Source: Candidatus Aldehydirespirator sp. (lineage in GTDB: Bacteria; Actinomycetota; Acidimicrobiia; Acidimicrobiales; Aldehydirespiratoraceae). Taken from it: a stretch of 64,000 nt of DNA. The stretch lies in NCBI GenBank assembly GCA_965221185.1, contig OZ244866.1, positions 1,366,901 through 1,430,900 on the forward strand, given 5' to 3'. The translations under genes and the position numbers were made by a program. This document shows positions 61,708 through 64,000 of the stretch, piece by piece (the stretch's first letter is position 1; every line of letters starts with the position of its first letter). The notes under the pieces were generated by a model, which ran no database searches, was not told the origin of the DNA, and saw nothing but the letters and a program-made list of their open reading frames with translations.

Positions 61708-62823
61708 GTGAGCGTCGATCCCCGGCTCCAGACCCGGGCCACGGAACTGTTCGGCGTCTCCTATCCCATCGTGCAGACCGGCATGGGCTGGGTGGCCGGT
61801 CCGTCGCTGGTGACCGGCACCGCGGAGGCGGGCGGGCTCGGGATACTGGCCTCGGCCACCATGACCATCGACGAGATGGACACCGCGATTGCGGAGGTCC
61901 GGTCTCGCACCGAGCGGCCTTTCGGGGTGAACCTGCGCCCCGATGCTCCCGATCTGGCCGACCGGGCCGACCGGCTGGTGGACGCCGGCGTGCGGGTGGC
62001 CAGCTTCGCCGGCCCGCCCCCCGCGGGGGTGGTGAAGCGGCTGCGAGACGGCGGAGTGCTGGTGATGCCCACCGTGGGCGCCCGCCGCCACGCCGAGAAG
62101 ATGGCCGAGCTGGGAGTGGACGCCGTGCTGTGCCAAGGCGGCGAGGGCGGCGGGCATACCGGCATCATTCCGACGTCGCTGCTGCTGCCCCAGGTGATCG
62201 ACGCTGTGGACATCCCGGTCATCGCCGCGGGCGGCTTTCATGATGGCCGGGGCTTGGCCGCGGCCCTGGCCTGGGGCGCCGACGGCGTGGCCATGGGCAC
62301 TCGCTTCCTGCTCACCGCCGACTCGAAGGTGCCCGACGCAGTGAAGGCCGTGTACCTGGGTACGCCCGTCACCGGCACCGTCGTGTCGAGCAGCATCGAC
62401 GGCAAGCCTCAGAGAGTGATCCGCACCGGCCTCGTCGACTCACTCGAGTCGGCCCGGCTGACCCGCCTGGCCCGCGCCGCCGCCAACGCCTGGCGCTTCC
62501 GGGGCCTCACCGGCATGAGCATGTCGGCCCTGCTGCGAGAGGGGCTGGCCATGAGGCGCAGCCAGGGGCTCACATTCAGCCAGATGGCCATGGCGGCCAA
62601 CGCCCCCATGCTCACCCGAGCGACGATGGTCGGCGGCGACATCGACGCCGGGATCCTGCCCACCGGCCAGTGCGTTGGAGTGGTGGACGACCTGCCCACC
62701 TGCGCCGAGCTGACCGAGCGCATCGTGGCCGACGCGGTGGCGGCCCTCGATCGGGTCGCTCCGCCGCCGCGCCAGAGGCCGAGCGGCAAGACCGAAGCTC
62801 GAGAGGATCCCGCGGGACACTGA
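61708..62823 (+). CDS. Nitronate monooxygenase (NMO / 2-nitropropane dioxygenase-like)
   Basis: YPIVQTGMGWVAG and QGGEGGGHTG motifs. Confidence 0.85.
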   Translation: MSVDPRLQTRATELFGVSYPIVQTGMGWVAGPSLVTGTAEAGGLGILASATMTIDEMDTAIAEVRSRTERPFGVNLRPDAPDLADRADRLVDAGVRVASFAGPPPAGVVKRLRDGGVLVMPTVGARRHAEKMAELGVDAVLCQGGEGGGHTGIIPTSLLLPQVIDAVDIPVIAAGGFHDGRGLAAALAWGADGVAMGTRFLLTADSKVPDAVKAVYLGTPVTGTVVSSSIDGKPQRVIRTGLVDSLESARLTRLARAAANAWRFRGLTGMSMSALLREGLAMRRSQGLTFSQMAMAANAPMLTRATMVGGDIDAGILPTGQCVGVVDDLPTCAELTERIVADAVAALDRVAPPPRQRPSGKTEAREDPAGH

Positions 62824-62938
62824 GCGAGGCCGTGGCCCGAGCGGCCCGTGAGCGCAGCGAACAAGAGCGGGAAACACGGCGCCCCACCGCGAGGCGATAA
62901 CGAACCACCCGCGCTTGTTCCCAGTAGCTTCGCAGCCC

Positions 62939-63652
62939 ATGTGCGGTCGCTACGTGTCGGCCACCCCGCCCGACGAGATGGCCAAGTACTTCGGCGCTCT
63001 GGCGCCACCGCCCGCGCACGCCCTTTCACCCAACCACAATGTGGCCCCGACCCAGACCGTGTACGCCGTGAGGGAGCGGTCTGGCGCCCGCAGCCTCGAC
63101 ACTCTGCACTGGGGACTGGTGCCGTTCTGGGCCAAAGACCCCAAGATCGGCAACCGGATGATCAACGCCCGGGCCGAGACCGTGGCCCACAAGAACGCCT
63201 TCCGGGTGCCCTTCACCCGGCGGCGCTGCATCATACCCGCCGACGGCTTCTACGAGTGGCAGCGCCTCGAGGGCTCCAAGCGCAAGCAGCCCATGTTCAT
63301 CAGCCGCCCCGACGGCGAACCGTTCGCGTTCGCGGGCCTGTGGGAGCAGTGGCGCGACCAGAACAGCCTCGACGCCGACGGCGAGCCGCTGGAACTGCAC
63401 TCGTGCACCATCATCACCTGCGAGGCCAACGACGCCATGACCGAGATCCACGACCGGATGCCGGTGATGCTGCCGCCCGGCGCCTGGGACTTCTGGCTAG
63501 ATCCCGCCAACACCGACGCCGGGGCGGCGGCCGGCCTGCTGATGCCGGCGCCTTCGAGTCTGATCCGGATGCACCCGGTGTCGACCGAGGTGAACAATGC
63601 CCGCAACAACGGCGCCCACCTCATCGAGCGAGCCGACCCGATTCGAAATTGA
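62939..63652 (+). CDS. SOS response-associated peptidase (SRAP/YedK family)
   Basis: Begins MCGRY with the catalytic Cys2. HWGLVPFWAK motif present. Confidence 0.85.
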   Translation: MCGRYVSATPPDEMAKYFGALAPPPAHALSPNHNVAPTQTVYAVRERSGARSLDTLHWGLVPFWAKDPKIGNRMINARAETVAHKNAFRVPFTRRRCIIPADGFYEWQRLEGSKRKQPMFISRPDGEPFAFAGLWEQWRDQNSLDADGEPLELHSCTIITCEANDAMTEIHDRMPVMLPPGAWDFWLDPANTDAGAAAGLLMPAPSSLIRMHPVSTEVNNARNNGAHLIERADPIRN

Positions 63653-63702
63653 TGCAGTTGTTGACCGCTGAGGGCCACTGCTGACATCAATTTGGGGTGG
63701 GA

Positions 63703-64000
63703 TCAGCCCGACTCGGTGAGGTGCTCGCGCAGCAGGTCCGCCACCGCGTCGAGGTCGTCGGGGTCGGGGCTGGTGTCGGCCTGTGTGAAGTCGAGATGCG
63801 CCATGGTCGAGACGGGCACCACATGCACGTGCACGTGGGGCACCTCGAAGCCGGCGATCATCAGCCCCACCCGGTCGGGCGCCAGACCCGCCGCCTGCTG
63901 GGCCGCGGCCACCCGGTGGGCCACCGCCATCAGATGAGCAACCGTCTCGGAGTCGAGGTCCACCCAGTGGTCGACCTCGGCTATGGGCACCACCAGCACA
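63703..64000 (-). CDS. HIT family protein, partial (N-terminus lies beyond the window)
   Basis: Histidine triad HVHVHVVP. The ORF is open to the window edge. Confidence 0.75.
   Translation of the reverse strand, partial: VLVVPIAEVDHWVDLDSETVAHLMAVAHRVAAAQQAAGLAPDRVGLMIAGFEVPHVHVHVVPVSTMAHLDFTQADTSPDPDDLDAVADLLREHLTESG

Overview
The window is a GC-rich chromosomal segment, roughly two-thirds G+C by eye. It has frequent GTG/TTG starts, ATGA/GTGA start-stop overlaps and a furA-katG pair, which looks like Actinomycetota; this taxonomic guess is an inference only. I found no rRNA, tRNA, CRISPR array, transposase or integrase.

The window splits into two parts.

(1) Positions 1-16.3 kb are a decayed accessory mosaic.
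- The main candidate is an orphan 1085-aa protein that fuses a Swt1-type HEPN motif (RNRWAH) to a DUF499 (BrxC/PglY-like) P-loop ATPase, followed closely by an ASCH-domain gene. This is my best candidate for an undescribed defence-type module.
- Around it are one intact VapBC pair, several PIN and ribbon-helix-helix (RHH) remnants, and an unknown 253-aa protein whose stop overlaps the start of a frameshifted PIN gene.
- There are also duplicated gene 5' fragments, a snap-back inverted repeat, and truncated esterase, permease and decarboxylase genes.

(2) Positions 16.3-64 kb are mostly metabolic and transport operons.
- Transporters: a peptide ABC system with no binding protein, a sugar ABC system with a frameshifted permease, and an NMT1-type ABC system.
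- Enzymes and regulators: a DUF917-hydantoinase-dipeptidase-racemase cluster, furA-katG, two adenosine deaminase paralogues, a P450, an arylsulfatase, several SDRs and others.

Notable details in part 2:
- selD contains an in-frame TGA at the canonical selenocysteine position (SHGAG-U-GCK), which splits it in the ORF track.
- Three separate short tandem-repeat arrays with CTAG cores sit on gene 3' ends.
- A 17-bp tandem duplication lies at the furA start.
- There is an AT-rich spacer inside an operon, and a roughly 0.7 kb low-GC non-coding stretch with a near-consensus promoter.

All functional calls come from motifs read in the supplied translations. No database search was run.
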